Origin: Perkinsela sp. CCAP 1560/9
Lineage: Eukaryota; Protista; Euglenozoa: Kinetoplastea
Assembly (NCBI GenBank): GCA_965644495.1
Contig: CBFFSA010000013.1
Coordinates: forward strand, 310,001 to 374,000
Direction of reading: 5' to 3'
Length of the DNA: 64,000 nucleotides
Shown here: positions 1 to 12,733 of the stretch, one piece after another
Layout: every line of letters begins with the position of its first letter
Numbering within the stretch: position 1 is the stretch's first letter
Program-made: the position numbers and the translations under genes
Notes under the pieces: generated by a model
The model's database searches: none
The model's input: only the letters and a program-made list of their open reading frames with translations
What the model was told of the DNA's origin: nothing

Positions 1-3000
1 TATAAAAGGATTTTCTATAGACGCAAATATGCAAAATTTCCTGTTGGAGTTTCTTGAATCATACTTATTCTGAAATATTTAAGAAACTACGACTTGAATT
101 GAATATAAGCTTAGTACTAACGAACAGAACTGTATTACGTTATTGTGTTATTCTCAAAGTAGAAACTGTTCCCAACAGCGAAATTTTGGCGTCTACTTCA
201 TTTAGCACATCCTTTTGGTATCTATATTTTCTTCTTCGCTCGGCATGTAACTCGGACGCTATGGAAAAAGATATTTTATTTATAAAAGGATTTTCTATAG
301 ACGCAAATAAGCAAAATCTCCTTTTGGAGTTTCTTGAATCACACTTATTCTGAAATATTTAAGAAACTACGACTTGAATTGAATATAAGCTTAGTACTAA
401 CGAACAGAAATGTATTACGTTATTGTGTTATTCTCAAAGTAGAAACTGTTCCCAACAGTGAAATTTTGGCGTCTACCTCATTTAGCACATCCTTTTGGTA
501 TCTATATTTTCTTCTTCGCTCGGCATGTAACTCGGACGCTATGGAAAAAGATATTTTATTTATAAAAGGATTTTCTATAGACGCAAATATGCAAAATTTC
601 CTGTTGGAGTTTCTTGAATCATACTTATTCTGAAATATTTAAGAAACTAGGACTTGAATTGAATATAAGCTTAGTACTAACGAACAGAACTGTATTACGT
701 TATTGTGTTATTCTCAAAGTAGAAACTGTTCCCAACAGTGAAATTTTGGCGTCTACCTCATTTAGCACATCCTTTTGGTATCTATATTTTCTTCTTCGCT
801 CGGCATGTAACTCGGACGCTATGGAAAAAGATATTTTATTTATAAAAGGATTTTCTATAGACGCAAATATGCAAAATTTCCTGTTGGAGTTTCTTGAATC
901 ATACTTATTCTGAAACATTTAAGAAACTACGACTTGAATTGAATATAAGCTTAGTACTAACGAACAGAACTGTATTACGTTATTGTGTTATTCTCAAAGT
1001 AGAAACTGTTCCCAACAGTGAAATTTTGGCGTCTACCTCATTTAGCACATCCTTTTGGTATCTATATTTTCTTCTTCGCTCGGCATGTAACTCGGACGCT
1101 ATGGAAAAAGATATTTTATTTATAAAAGGATTTTCTATAGACGCAAATATGCAAAATTTCCTGTTGGAGTTTCTTGAATCATACTTATTCTGAAATATTT
1201 AAGAAACTACGACTTGAATTGAATATAAGCTTAGTACTAACGAACAGAACTGTATTACGTTATTGTGTTATTCTCAAAGTAGAAACTGTTCCCAACAGTG
1301 AAATTTTGGCGTCTACCTCATTTAGCACATCCTTTTGGTATCTATATTTTCTTCTTCGCTCGGCATGTAACTCGGACGCTATGGAAAAAGATATTTTATT
1401 TATAAAAGGATTTTCTATAGACGCAAATATGCAAAATTTCCTGTTGGAGTTTCTTGAATCATACTTATTCTGAAATATTTAAGAAACTACGACTTGAATT
1501 GAATATAAGCTTAGTACTAACGAACAGAACTGTATTACGTTATTGTGTTATTCTCAAAGTAGAAACTGTTCCCAACAGTGAAATTTTGGCGTCTACCTCA
1601 TTTAGCACATCCTTTTGGTATCTATATTTTCTTCTTCGCTCGGCATGTAACTCGGACGCTATGGAAAAAGATATTTTATTTATAAAAGGATTTTCTATAG
1701 ACGCAAATATGCAAAATTTCCTGTTGGAGTTTCTTGAATCATACTTATTCTGAAATATTTAAGAAACTACGACTTGAATTGAATATAAGCTTAGTACTAA
1801 CGAACAGAACTGTATTACGTTATTGTGTTATTCTCAAAGTAGAAACTGTTCCCAACAGTGAAATTTTGGCGTCTACCTCATTTAGCACATCCTTTTGGTA
1901 TCTATATTTTCTTCTTCGCTCGGCATGTAACTCAGACGCTATGGAAAAAGATATTTTATTTATAAAAGGATTTTCTATAGACGCAAATAAGCAAAATTTC
2001 CTGTTGGAGTTTCTTGAATCACACTTATTCTGAAATATTTAAGAAACTACGACTTGAATTGAATATAAGCTTAGTACTAACGAACAGAACTGTATTACGT
2101 TATTGTGTTATTCTCAAAGTAGAAACTGTTCCCAACAGTGAAATTTTGGCGTCTACCTCATTTAGCACATCCTTTTGGTATCTATATTTTCTTCTTCGCT
2201 CGGCATGTAACTCGGACGCTATGGAAAAAGATATTTTATTTATAAAAGGATTTTCTATAGACGCAAATATGCAAAATTTCCTGTTGGAGTTTCTTGAATC
2301 ATACTTATTCTGAAATATTTAAGAAACTACGACTTGAATTGAATATAAGCTTAGTACTAACGAACAGAACTGTATTACGTTATTGTGTTATTCTCAAAGT
2401 AGAAACTGTTCCCAACAGTGAAATTTTGGCGTCTACCTCATTTAGCACATCCTTTTGGTATCTATATTTTCTTCTTCGCTCGGCATGTAACTCGGACGCT
2501 ATGGAAAAAGATATTTTATTTATAAAAGGATTTTCTATAGACGCAAATATGCAAAATTTCCTGTTGGAGTTTCTTGAATCATACTTATTCTGAAATATTT
2601 AAGAAACTACGACTTGAATTGAATATAAGCTTAGTACTAACGAACAGAACTGTATTACGTTATTGTGTTATTCTCAAAGTAGAAACTGTTCCCAACAGTG
2701 AAATTTTGGCGTCTACTTCATTTAGCACATCCTTTTGGTATCTATATTTTCTTCTTCGCTCGGCATGTAACTCAGACGCTATGGAAAAAGATATTTTATT
2801 TATAAAAGGATTTTCTATAGACGCAAATAAGCAAAATCTCCTTTTGGAGTTTCTTGAATCATACTTATTCTGAAATATTTAAGAAACTACGACTTGAATT
2901 GAATATAAGCTTAGTACTAACGAACAGAACTGTATTACGTTATTGTGTTATTCTCAAAGTAGAAACTGTTCCCAACAGTGAAATTTTGGCGTCTACTTCA

Positions 3001-3629
3001 TTTAGCACATCCTTTTGGTATCTATATTTTCTTCTTCGCTCGGCATGTAACTCAGACGCTATGGAAAAAGATATTTTATTTATAAAAGGATTTTCTATAG
3101 ACGCAAATAAGCAAAATCTCCTGTTGGAGTTTCTTGAATCACACTTATTCTGAAATATTTAAGAAACTACGACTTGAATTGAATATAAGCTTAGTACTAA
3201 CGAACAGAACTGTATTACGTTATTGTGTTATTCTCAAAGTAGAAACTGTTCCCAACAGTGAAATTTTGGCGTCTACCTCATTTAGCACATCCTTTTGGTA
3301 TCTATATTTTCTTCTTCGCTCGGCATGTAACTCGGACGCTATGGAAAAAGATATTTTATTTATAAAAGGATTTTCTATAGACGCAAATATGCAAAATTTC
3401 CTGTTGGAGTTTCTTGAATCATACTTATTCTGAAATATTTAAGAAACTAGGACTTGAATTGAATATAAGCTTAGTACTAACGAACAGAACTGTATTACGT
3501 TATTGTGTTATTCTCAAAGTAGAAACTGTTCCCAACAGTGAAATTTTGGCGTCTACCTCATTTAGCACATCCTTTTGGTATCTATATTTTCTTCTTCGCT
3601 CGGCATGTAACTCAGACGCTATGGAAAAA
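1..3629. repeat. 280-bp tandem array, about 13 copies, running off the left edge of the window
   Basis: Exact 280-bp periodicity (same 99-aa pseudo-ORF at 54, 334, 614 ... 3414); only a few SNPs between units; AT-rich; ends abruptly after GCTATGGAAAAA at about 3629. Confidence 0.98.
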
Positions 3630-3768
3630 TCAAGGAATTAGTATTTTCTAAAGCCAAGGAATATTTATTATACATGTATACTTAGAGGGATGGAGCGTGA
3701 AAAAATGTCAGTTGGACGAAGACGGGCGCACACTTTGTTGCTAAGCCATTCCAATGTATAAAATAAGC

Positions 3769-4986
3769 GGTGGAATTGAACGAAGATTGCACATTTTTTC
3801 AAAAAATACGATTTTTTTTATATATTTTTTTCGTTTCTGTTTCTTGCTAAATACATAGATTAGAGTCTTTGCTAGTATTTTTGACTTTTTTACGCTCTCA
3901 GCTACTGGTGAAATCATGATGAATGATTTGGATGATGCGTTTTGCTGCGGATGCCATGAGATGAACTGTTCTATACGTTTTCCGTTAAGTGAGGTGGGGC
4001 AATGGGATGACTTGAAGTGCCTTCACTGGCTTAAAGGGCACCATCTTGTAGCCCAACTTGTGAAGTGTGAGCGAGGCCACTCATTAACGACATGTGTTGT
4101 TCAGAATGGTCAGTGGCAGTGCCCCGTACGTACTTGTCGGGCCCGTTATTCCTTGGAATCCCCCCTTCTTCCTTCCAAGTCTAAGATCACATCAAAGCAA
4201 CTAGTCATCGCATTGATGTGCTACTCGCGTTCAATGTAGGGGAAGCACATGGCCGAAGAATGCTTGTTTTCTGAGAGGACAGCGTGCAAATTCCGACAGA
4301 CTATGGACCGCATCACTGCATGGGACCATCAATATCGACGCCTGGAGGCGAACGGTAAGATTGACTACATACAGGTTGATGAGACTTTTTTCCCCAAGAT
4401 TAAAGTCGGAGGCCCGAATCGAAACCGGAGAGTGCGTCAGGCCGGTAGCGAGGTTGCTTAAACCTTGTGTGACACAACAAGGGGCGGAAAACTTCGTGAA
4501 ATCTATGTGACACCGGTGCCAGACAAAAAAGGCTCAACTCTGGTATCCCTCGTTGAGGAAATGGCTCGCGGGCCCCGTACAAGGATATGGACAGACGGGG
4601 CGACGCACAACGCTCCTGGATTCGACGGCAAGTACCGTTGGAGTGAAGTTATTCACCGAAATGAATGGATAACTGAAGAGGGGGTGCACACTAATACTGT
4701 TGAGGGGGCGAATTCGATGCTAAAGAAAAGGTTAGTGTGTGAGGGGGGTAGTTTGGGTAGGTCAGAGTCTTCAAGAAAGGCACGACTCCGAGCCATAACT
4801 GAGAAGTGTAATGGTTCCTTACGGGTTCCAGAACAAAGCCCGTTGGTACGAGTTTTGTTGGATGTGGCGTTGTTTTGTGCGGAAATAGTCTTATGTTCGT
4901 AGTTTTGATTTTCTTTGGAATTCGTTGATTTTTAGTTACTTTTAGGATTTTTTTTGAAAAGTGTGCAAACTTCGTTCAATCTGACC
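3769..4986 (+). mobile_element. Merlin (IS1595/ISXO2-like) DNA transposon
   Basis: Left TIR GGTGGAATTGAACGAAGATTGCACATTTTTTCAAAAAA; reverse complement of right end GGTCAGATTGAACGAAGTTTGCACACTTTTCAAAAAAA; exact 8-bp TSD AAATAAGC at 3761-3768 and 4987-4994; encloses a DDE transposase. Confidence 0.93.
3916..4902 (+). pseudogene. Merlin/IS1595-family DDE transposase with two in-frame stops
   Basis: ORFs 3916, 4249 and 4465 share one frame; Zn-ribbon (KCERGH...WQCPVRTC) and IQVDETF / IWTDG / HTNTVEG motifs; TAG at 4237-4239 and TAA at 4459-4461. Confidence 0.9.
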
Positions 4987-6305
4987 AAATAAGCATTCAA
5001 AATTTAATAATATTGAATAATCATTCAAAATTTCGGCGTAGGAGAATCGGACGAAAAGTGTAGGAGAAACTGAAGAAATTTTCGGTTTAAAAAAATCAGA
5101 TTTTTTTCAATATTTCAATTCCTTGATTGTAGAAAATACTTCTCCAGAGATTTTATTTGTGTTCTCTCGAGTTCGCTATTCTTTTCGTCATTTTTAGTAA
5201 TTTAGTCTATCTTTCCATGCCTTGAAGGGAGTGTGTTGGGTTTTCTTGTCGGCAAAAGCTAACGATAAGTAATATTTCAACTTGGACTGAAAAGCAGTGC
5301 GTGGAGTGGCTACAAAACCGTAAGTTGGTGGCGCAAAAGGTCGTATGTTGCAAACAAAATCACACGAGTGACCACACTATGGAAATCAAGGTGAAAAATG
5401 ATGGGCAGGGCGCAGCGAAGCGCTAAACAAACATTGGAGTACATAGTACCTTACGTTCGGGGAAATAGACGTGAGGGGTCTGTTGTAGAGAGGGAGCTCA
5501 GTGAGAAAATTATTGTATCACTACGTCAGTGGATTGATTCATGGCAACTTGTCATGTCCGTCGACGTGCCCGACAAAGAGGGAACGTCCACTCGATGCAG
5601 TGTGACGAATCGCTTTTCTCGGTTTGGAAATGTCACCGATATGTGTGCGTGTTCTGCTAACCTACAAGTACTAAGCTTCTCTGTAGAGTGTTGGGAAGAG
5701 TTGAGCTGTCATCGGGTGAAGTGGACACTGAAGATAGACCATAGCCCTGCTTTCTTACACGATATCCCCTTCCATTCACAGGTTGGAGTGCTTAAATCCG
5801 ACAAGCGGATCTTTTCCTGCGAAAAATACTAATTAATAGCAAGTCCATGTCCTTGCTCACCTCAACAAAATTGTGTCATGAGGAGCGTAAACAAAGCATC
5901 AGGAAAATGTATTAAACGAAGTAGAGATAAAACCTTTTTCCCAACTTGTCTAAGCCTGCCATATGAAAGCTCTACAATACAATTACACCACTGTGCACCG
6001 TAACCGTAGCGGGGCACACTACTGGTGATAATATAGTAATAATGTAAGACAATGTACATTTATTAGAAGAAACCAACCTCCAAACACTTAATCGGAGTAG
6101 TATACACATAAGTCACAAAAGTACGATAAAGTTTTTCCTATAGAAGTCCCTTTTAGGTCAACAAACGAAGGACTCTGGAAATTACATTCAAGGTGAACGA
6201 TCTCTGAAATATTAATTAACCTTTAAGGAACGTTAGTCAACGAAAAAAAGAAATAAATACGCCAACTAGTTCTGGAACTAATCGTCCCTTCCATTTCGCA
6301 AAACG

Positions 6306-7892
6306 TTACGAAGAAATCTCGATGCCTTTCTTTTCTCGGCCATTCCCTCCCAATATTCGCTCACTATGCCGAATCCTTTCCATGGCCTTTGATTCCGCGT
6401 GTTCCCACCGTACGCGTTGGAAGAACACAACATAACCTAATGCACCGCCAATGAGACCTAACACTGGGCCAAGCCATAAGCCACGAAACCTCATCCCTAG
6501 CTTGAAGGCAAACACCCACCCGAGAGGCACACCAATAGCATAAGCAGCAAACAGAAAATAAAATCCGTACTTTGGGTAACCCATTCCTTTCACGATTCCG
6601 TTGCATACGCAAAGGATGGAGTCAAGAATGTGAAAAACAATCAGCAACGGCATTACTTCACGATACAAACGCAAGAGTTCAGGATCACCATTAAAGAATC
6701 CGGGTACAACGTCCTGAGTAAACCACAATACAACAATATCGACAGTTGCTACGCCAGCCATAAGAATTGAAGTTGCTAATGCAGCTCGTCGCGCTTTTGG
6801 AATATTGCGGGCACCGAGAGCATTGCCGACCGTAATACTGACCGCGACGTTAAGTCCAAGGGGAAGCATATACAGAAGGGATAACACCTGCATACAAATA
6901 GACATGGTATCAAGTGTTTCCACACCGAGACGTCCGGAAGCTAATCCATTAAGTTCAAAGACTCCCCACTCAAGGAAGAGCATTAGGGCACTTGGAATGC
7001 CCAGTAACAAGAATTGTTTCCAATCCTTAAATGCCGCGAAACTGAATCCGTGCCATAATCCTCGATGCAGACTACCTCGTAAAGCAATGTAGCCCACCGT
7101 AAAAATCACCATGCCTAGGAAAAACATTGTGATTGTTAACGGACATCCTGCGATTCCTTGTTCTTGTATCAGACCATAAAACATAAAAGGACTCAGGCCC
7201 GTGAGCAAAATGGACACAAGAACTACGGCGGTCAAATTGTGCACACACATCAGAAACTTTCTCAGCACTTCATAGAAGATGCAAAGTGGAAGATTTGCCA
7301 GGTTGTACAGGATGTACGTACCAGCCATAGCGGCAACTTCTGGCTTCTGTCCTGTCAAACGCAACACTGGATCTGCAAAAACCCAAACTGCTGTTATTGG
7401 AATAGTAAGGAGGAGTAGAATCAGGATTGCACGCTGCACATACAACATGATGAGGGGACTCTTTGGGTCTGCCCCATGGGCTTGAAACAGTAGTGTATCT
7501 AACGCATTGGCCATGCCGAATATAACAGAAAATCCGAAACAGTTACAATACATGATACCCATGCTAGCCCCGGCCAATGCCTCTACACCAAGCATTGTTC
7601 CTGCGTAACGGAGTGCGATTTGAAAAACTGCAAGTTGGCTGAAATAGCTGATGCATATGGGAAGCGCAATGTACAATAAATTCCAGGCTGTGCGCCATAA
7701 GGATTCAGGCGCGGGCGGAGGAACGCTGATTTCTTCTTCTGGCACTTTTTTTAGTGCCTCCGCCGATACTTCTGAAATCGAAGCTGGTGGAGCTTCTGGT
7801 TTGCTAAAAGAAAATATTGGACTTCCTACACTCATGAGTTCTAATTCATGAGGGAGGCTACCACATGTGAAAAACTCGTGTCCTGCACTCAT
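6306..7892 (-). CDS. MATE family efflux transporter (paralog 1)
   Basis: About 12 TM helices; GMANALDTLLFQAHGA, EWGVFE, VGNALGA, GLWLG motifs; start placed at MSAGHEFF by alignment to paralog 2. Confidence 0.93.
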   Translation of the reverse strand: MSAGHEFFTCGSLPHELELMSVGSPIFSFSKPEAPPASISEVSAEALKKVPEEEISVPPPAPESLWRTAWNLLYIALPICISYFSQLAVFQIALRYAGTMLGVEALAGASMGIMYCNCFGFSVIFGMANALDTLLFQAHGADPKSPLIMLYVQRAILILLLLTIPITAVWVFADPVLRLTGQKPEVAAMAGTYILYNLANLPLCIFYEVLRKFLMCVHNLTAVVLVSILLTGLSPFMFYGLIQEQGIAGCPLTITMFFLGMVIFTVGYIALRGSLHRGLWHGFSFAAFKDWKQFLLLGIPSALMLFLEWGVFELNGLASGRLGVETLDTMSICMQVLSLLYMLPLGLNVAVSITVGNALGARNIPKARRAALATSILMAGVATVDIVVLWFTQDVVPGFFNGDPELLRLYREVMPLLIVFHILDSILCVCNGIVKGMGYPKYGFYFLFAAYAIGVPLGWVFAFKLGMRFRGLWLGPVLGLIGGALGYVVFFQRVRWEHAESKAMERIRHSERILGGNGREKKGIEISS

Positions 7893-9002
7893 GTCGTGAG
7901 AATTTCTTAGAATACGAAGTAATACTGAACAAGAAAATGAAAGAGTGGTGCTATAAAAAGAAGCTATAAAATTCATTACTATGACCCTCTTTAATATGCA
8001 TACGTTTTTGGGATTTGTGCATACAAATTGTATTAACAAATTGTAGGGGGAAAAGAAAAAAGTGTGAAATGTGATGCCCCCTTTAAAAAAATCAGAAAAA
8101 AAATCAGGTGCCGCGAAGCTCTGTCAAAAGTCGGGACCATTAAAATAGTCGGGACCCTAGATCCCGCAATGCGTGGAAAAGGAAAAAAAGAAAGTTTGAG
8201 CATTCTTTTGCTTATATAGGCCAACATAGAAAATCATATGCGCATCTGGACAGTATCCGCATATTTTCCTTACCTTGCATTTCAGCTATATAACTGTATA
8301 GTTTTGAGGGACGTCTGGTACATCAATGGTATACACTTCTAACTCGCTCTAACCTTGGACTCTAGAATCTCTGAAATATAGCGGGAAATGCTAGTCAAAG
8401 CAAGATTCTTCTCTTTCTGTACATGTTGATCTCAACATTTTTTACTCCTGCGCACTCACAGTGACTTCTCATTAATTTAAACATCGGGCATAAAATGTGG
8501 ACACCGGACGCTGGAATGCAACCACTGCCAGACGTCCTTTGCCCCACGAGCGAAACAGACATCCTTATGTTATAAGTGTCATCGACTTGGCCTTGTTGGC
8601 GCGAACTGCCCGAATAATGAAACTTCAAATTTTTCCTCTAATTCGGTTTTTCGGTCAGGGCGTCAGCCGTCTCATAGATATCATCCGTCTCACGTCGGAT
8701 AATGGGGTATCTTGGGTATATTGATCCATGCGTAGCTACATTTAATAGTGGCATTTTAAAGGATTACTCATTTGTCTCCCCCAATAGTGATTCACAGTCC
8801 GTTCAGAACACAGAGGAACCGATCAAAAATTCTTTTGAGAACGGAGCAAAAGGTTGCAAACGCCAGTTCAAGCAAGAAGCTAAATTCTTTTGGGTTTACA
8901 GTCTCTCGTCCTACAGTCTCTAGACCAGAAAAAGATGAATAAATTGAGGCGCGCTATCGCCAATAAAGTATTCACAAGATTAATACTTATTTATCTACAC
9001 GT

Positions 9003-9134
9003 GAGGGGCTGCGGGTAAGATCTCTCGTGATCTCGCGTGATCTCGTTTTGAGGTCGTCCAACCACTCTACCGAGCCAAATTCGCTCTCGAGAGATCTCAC
9101 GTGATCTGGTATTGGGCCTCACCCGCAGCCCCTC
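9003..9134. mobile_element. MITE with GAGGGGCTGCGGGT TIRs (Sola-like if TSD is ACGT)
   Basis: GAGGGGCTGCGGGT...ACCCGCAGCCCCTC flanked by ACGT on both sides; alternative reading is 8998-9139 with TA TSD; solo ends of the family near 51148-51162 and 53413-53426. Confidence 0.75.
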
Positions 9135-9146
9135 ACGTGTATCATA

Positions 9147-9433
9147 ATTGCGGTGGTTGTATAACTACCGCTCTACCCTCGATTATTAAAAAAAAGTGAA
9201 GAAAAACAGTGAAAATATAAAGAGAAACAAGATAATACAATAGAAGAAAAAAATATAAAAGGGGGCTCCGGTGGTCCAAAACTCCATGGGGGGGGGGCAT
9301 ACGTCGCGATTTTGTTTCGAATTTTTTGCTTTTCAAAATCGAGCGCAGGGAAGTGTTAGAGTATGCCGCGGCGATAATTTCCCCCCCCCCACCTGGGGGT
9401 ACCCCCCTGGTACGCGCACGAGGGATCCGACAA
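9147..9433. mobile_element. Hairpin-ended G-tract repeat family, copy A
   Basis: Begins ATTGCGGTGGTTGTATAACTACCGCTCTACCCTCGATTATT; interior homologous to copies at 10023, 38440-39117, 39365, 40685 and 59342. Confidence 0.8.
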
Positions 9434-9913
9434 GGGTGAGTCTGTAGTTAGTATCTGTAGATATGTGCGGGTTTCTGTGAATGTGGGCTGCTGTGATTCG
9501 CTGTGAGTAGCTGTGAGTATTTTTTTTTCGTCGGAAGACCCCGAAAGACTGGAAGAGGCACTTCAAAAGATTGGTGATGCTTAATGGCTTAGGGGATAGT
9601 AAACCGACTACGGGGAGTTGCATAAATGATTGTAATTATATAAGAAAAAACTTTTTGATGACCAGAAGTAATTAGGATTTATGCGAATCTATGACTAAAT
9701 TCATTGATTTTCTATTAAATAAATTTGTACTCCAAAAAGGTATTGTCGTATCGTACCATTTTCCTATTTAAAACATTCCTATTAAAACGGTAATCTTGGC
9801 AAGTAAGCATGATCGATAAACAAAAGCTACTGAGTATTGTTTTCATCTTCTAAATTGCTGATTTGAATTTCCGCGTTCCTTTTCCGAGAAAAGGATATAT
9901 TTTTTCTTTTTTA

Positions 9914-10008
9914 GGCTCTTCGTTAAATGCGGTGGTAGTTTTTAACGCGAAGCGCGCAGCATGAGTGACTTCTAAGCTGAAAACAACCACCGCGTTTAAC
10001 GAAGCCAC
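9914..10008. mobile_element. About 95-bp MITE (CTTCGTTAAAYGCGGTGGT TIR), copy 1
   Basis: Inverted ends CTTCGTTAAATGCGGTGGTAGTTTT / AAAACAACCACCGCGTTTAACGAAG; TTA/TAA flanks; inverted copy at 10641-10732 and third copy at 39961-40038. Confidence 0.75.
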
Positions 10009-10022
10009 TAAAAAATAACTTT

Positions 10023-10638
10023 ATTGCGGTGGTTGTATAACTACCGCTCTACCCTCGATTATTGCAAAAAAGGTGAACAAAAAAAGTGATAATATACACT
10101 ACATAAAGAGGTAAACAGTAGTATAATAATAGAAAAATATATAAAAGGGGTTCCGGTGGTCTAAAAATTTTCAAAAAAAATCGGACCCTTGGGGGGTCCA
10201 TGGGGGGGGCATGGGGGGGCATACCGCACGAATTTGATTCGAAAAAATTATTTTTCGAATAAAATGCGCAGAAGCGGTAGCCGGGGGCTTGGCGCGTATT
10301 TTCCACCCACCTACCCGGGGGTTGAAAAAAAATTCAATTTGACGAAAAAAATGAAAAAAAAAACTATTTTTCCAAAATCGTTTCCCTTATTGTATTTTGA
10401 GAGTTCGGGACGTATACTAGCTTTCTGCGCCGTTGTTTTCGAAAGATAACCCATCTATGAGCCGTGGTGCGCTTGCCAGAATGGCCCTTTTTGGACCAAA
10501 AAAAGCCAAAAAGTATTTTTCGTACCCAAAGGGGTCTTTTTGTGTCGGAAGAATGGTGTGGTTGGATTCGCATTATATACCCAATACGTTTGGTAGCTTT
10601 AAATTCATGCCTACGAGTCATTTCCCACACGCAAATTT
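10023..10638. mobile_element. Hairpin-ended G-tract repeat family, copy B
   Basis: Same terminal motif; 10500-10638 matches the reverse complement of about 38470-38600. Confidence 0.8.
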
Positions 10639-10640
10639 AT

Positions 10641-10732
10641 GCTCTTCATTAAACGCGGTGGTTGTTTTCAACTTAGAAGTCACTCATGCCGCGCTTCGCG
10701 TTGAAAACTATCACCGCGTTTAACGAAGAGCC
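10641..10732. mobile_element. About 95-bp MITE, copy 2 (inverted relative to copy 1)
   Basis: Near reverse complement of 9914-10008. Confidence 0.75.
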
Positions 10733-10979
10733 TAAAAAGGAAAATATATTTCTGGGTTTTTTTCCATGCTTTATTCGATGCGCCTAACAACAACAATCGC
10801 TGGAATAGAGAGAAGAACAGCTTCTAGGTTCATCTCTGAAGACTAGAAGCTAACTTCTTGGCTCGTCTTCAGAGTGTAGATGAAGTAAGCAAGGGGATCT
10901 AGGTCCTTCCAGCGCGTAATACTGAGGAAATATTCGGCGTGTAGTCCTTTCTATAATATTCATCTATAATAATCATTCC

Positions 10980-11438
10980 ATGTCTGATTCCGAAATGATC
11001 TCAACCGTATTAAACTCCTTGGAAAGCGAGTACAAGGTCATTGAGAGGTACGCAATGCTGAAAATAGTGGAGAAGAAGAAGTGGGTCCCTCTATTTCAGG
11101 CTTCGCACGAAGGTTGGCTCAGCCAAGGTGACTTCATCCCGGCTATGCTGAAAGCAGTGGGAGAGAACGTGCACGAAGCTCAAAAGCTGGAAGTTGTCCG
11201 GCTAATTGAGGAGAAGCGATACGAGGATAAGAAAAATTCTGGAAAGCTGGTTCTTGAAATCGCGAAGCACTATATCGCTAACAAAAGGGAAGATGTGGGA
11301 GCCGCAAGAGGAGAAAGTCAAAGATTCCGGTCTCCAGGAAAAGGAAGGAATGCTTTCTTCTCTTATATGCACCTTAATGCCATTTCTATCCGAGACGTTC
11401 GTGAACTCAATAACCCCCCGCCGAAAAATAGTAACTAA
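10980..11438 (+). CDS. Hypothetical protein, antisense to the gene cluster, probably mobile-element derived
   Basis: ATG-initiated 152-aa ORF with plausible helical composition; no recognised motif. Confidence 0.3.
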   Translation: MSDSEMISTVLNSLESEYKVIERYAMLKIVEKKKWVPLFQASHEGWLSQGDFIPAMLKAVGENVHEAQKLEVVRLIEEKRYEDKKNSGKLVLEIAKHYIANKREDVGAARGESQRFRSPGKGRNAFFSYMHLNAISIRDVRELNNPPPKNSN

Positions 11439-12733
11439 GCAGGAATCGAATACCGGTCGAGCAGAAAATTTGGTCCACTTTTATTTGGCCCCAACAAATT
11501 TCGTCCACATAAATTTTGGTCGGACTTTATTTTTCCTTTGGCGGCGGTCCAAAATACTTTTTGACTTTATTTTCAGTCGTTTTCAAAGTTTAGAACTCGT
11601 CATTAGAAATTTTTGCTTCTTTCAATCGACACTTCGTTTTTTAGTCTTCGTGTAATGTCTCAGTCTGTTGAATGGGTGCAGAAAATCTTTGATCAAGATA
11701 TTTACTCTACGCACGTAGGGTCCTCACTATAACACATATAGTGAGGCTAAAGTTAGAGCAATTTGAGAATTGTGTGTGACACGAAAGGTTGCAAGTGTTG
11801 TGAGCTACTGGAATAGCACACAAAGCAAAAACAATCTAAAAGTACGGTCCTTCATTTTCTGGAAAAAGAAAAATCTAATAACGATATCAAGCCTCGAGGG
11901 AGGCCAAGAAAATATATCTTTTTTGTTTCAATGCACGAAAAATTTGGCCCCAATAATTTTGGTCCACATAAATATTGGTCCGACTTTTTTTTCGAGCTCG
12001 AAGGACCAAATTAAAAAAATGTCAAATTTTTTGCTCGATCGGTATGTCGAACGCAGTGGCCGAAGCGCTCGCGAGAGGCGAGGAGGTAGTTTTGGAGGAG
12101 TTAGTGTCGAGGGGGGCTGGCTCTTTGAAAGAAAAGTGGCTCGTGCCACGGATACACGTCATGGTATGGGAGCTACTTGGGAAGGTAGCGGGAAAAGTGG
12201 TGACTGAACTGGCTGCCGATTTGGGTGCCGAGGTTGATTTCACCGGAAAGTCGCTCTTACAGGGCATCATGGCAGGGGGGAAGAGTGCCAGTCTGGTACG
12301 CAAAGCCATCCAAAAGAAAGCAAGGAATTAAGCCTTCCTTCATTATGAAGGTATCATTGAACGAGTTAAAAGAGCTCATGGCAACACCCGAAAGCAGATC
12401 ACAGAACAGTGAGGCCCTGTCAAATGCAGCGGTGAAGCCAGCGACTTTCCACGAGCGTACAAGAGACTGGGACTCCTTAAAATATATCCTAGACGTCGCT
12501 AACGTCAGGGATGTAACGATGAATGATTTTTTGAGTGCAATGGAACTTCTAACCGAACAATGCAGTCAAATCCTGAACCAGGATAATTTTGTGCCACCCA
12601 AGAAATACGCCTTGTAGGTTGGTTCAATTGGTTCAGTTGGTTCGGTCGTGGTTCATTGAACCAAAAGGTACGTTAATACAACTTTTGGCAACTTTTTTCG
12701 ACAGAATGTACTTCTGTTGACAGAATGTAACAA

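Noticed and set aside
1-3629. CRISPR array
   Set aside because: No unique spacers, whole units are near-identical, no cas genes, eukaryotic context.
54-3641. Thirteen 99-aa ORFs as a tandem gene family
   Set aside because: They start at TTG, overlap each other in shifting frames because 280 is not divisible by 3, and show no protein motif; they are by-products of the repeat.
4237-4461. Stop-codon reassignment (TAR as Gln or Glu) inferred from in-frame stops in Merlin
   Set aside because: Conserved host genes are open in the standard code and end in TAA, TAG or TGA; the stops are simply explained by point mutations such as CAR to TAR.
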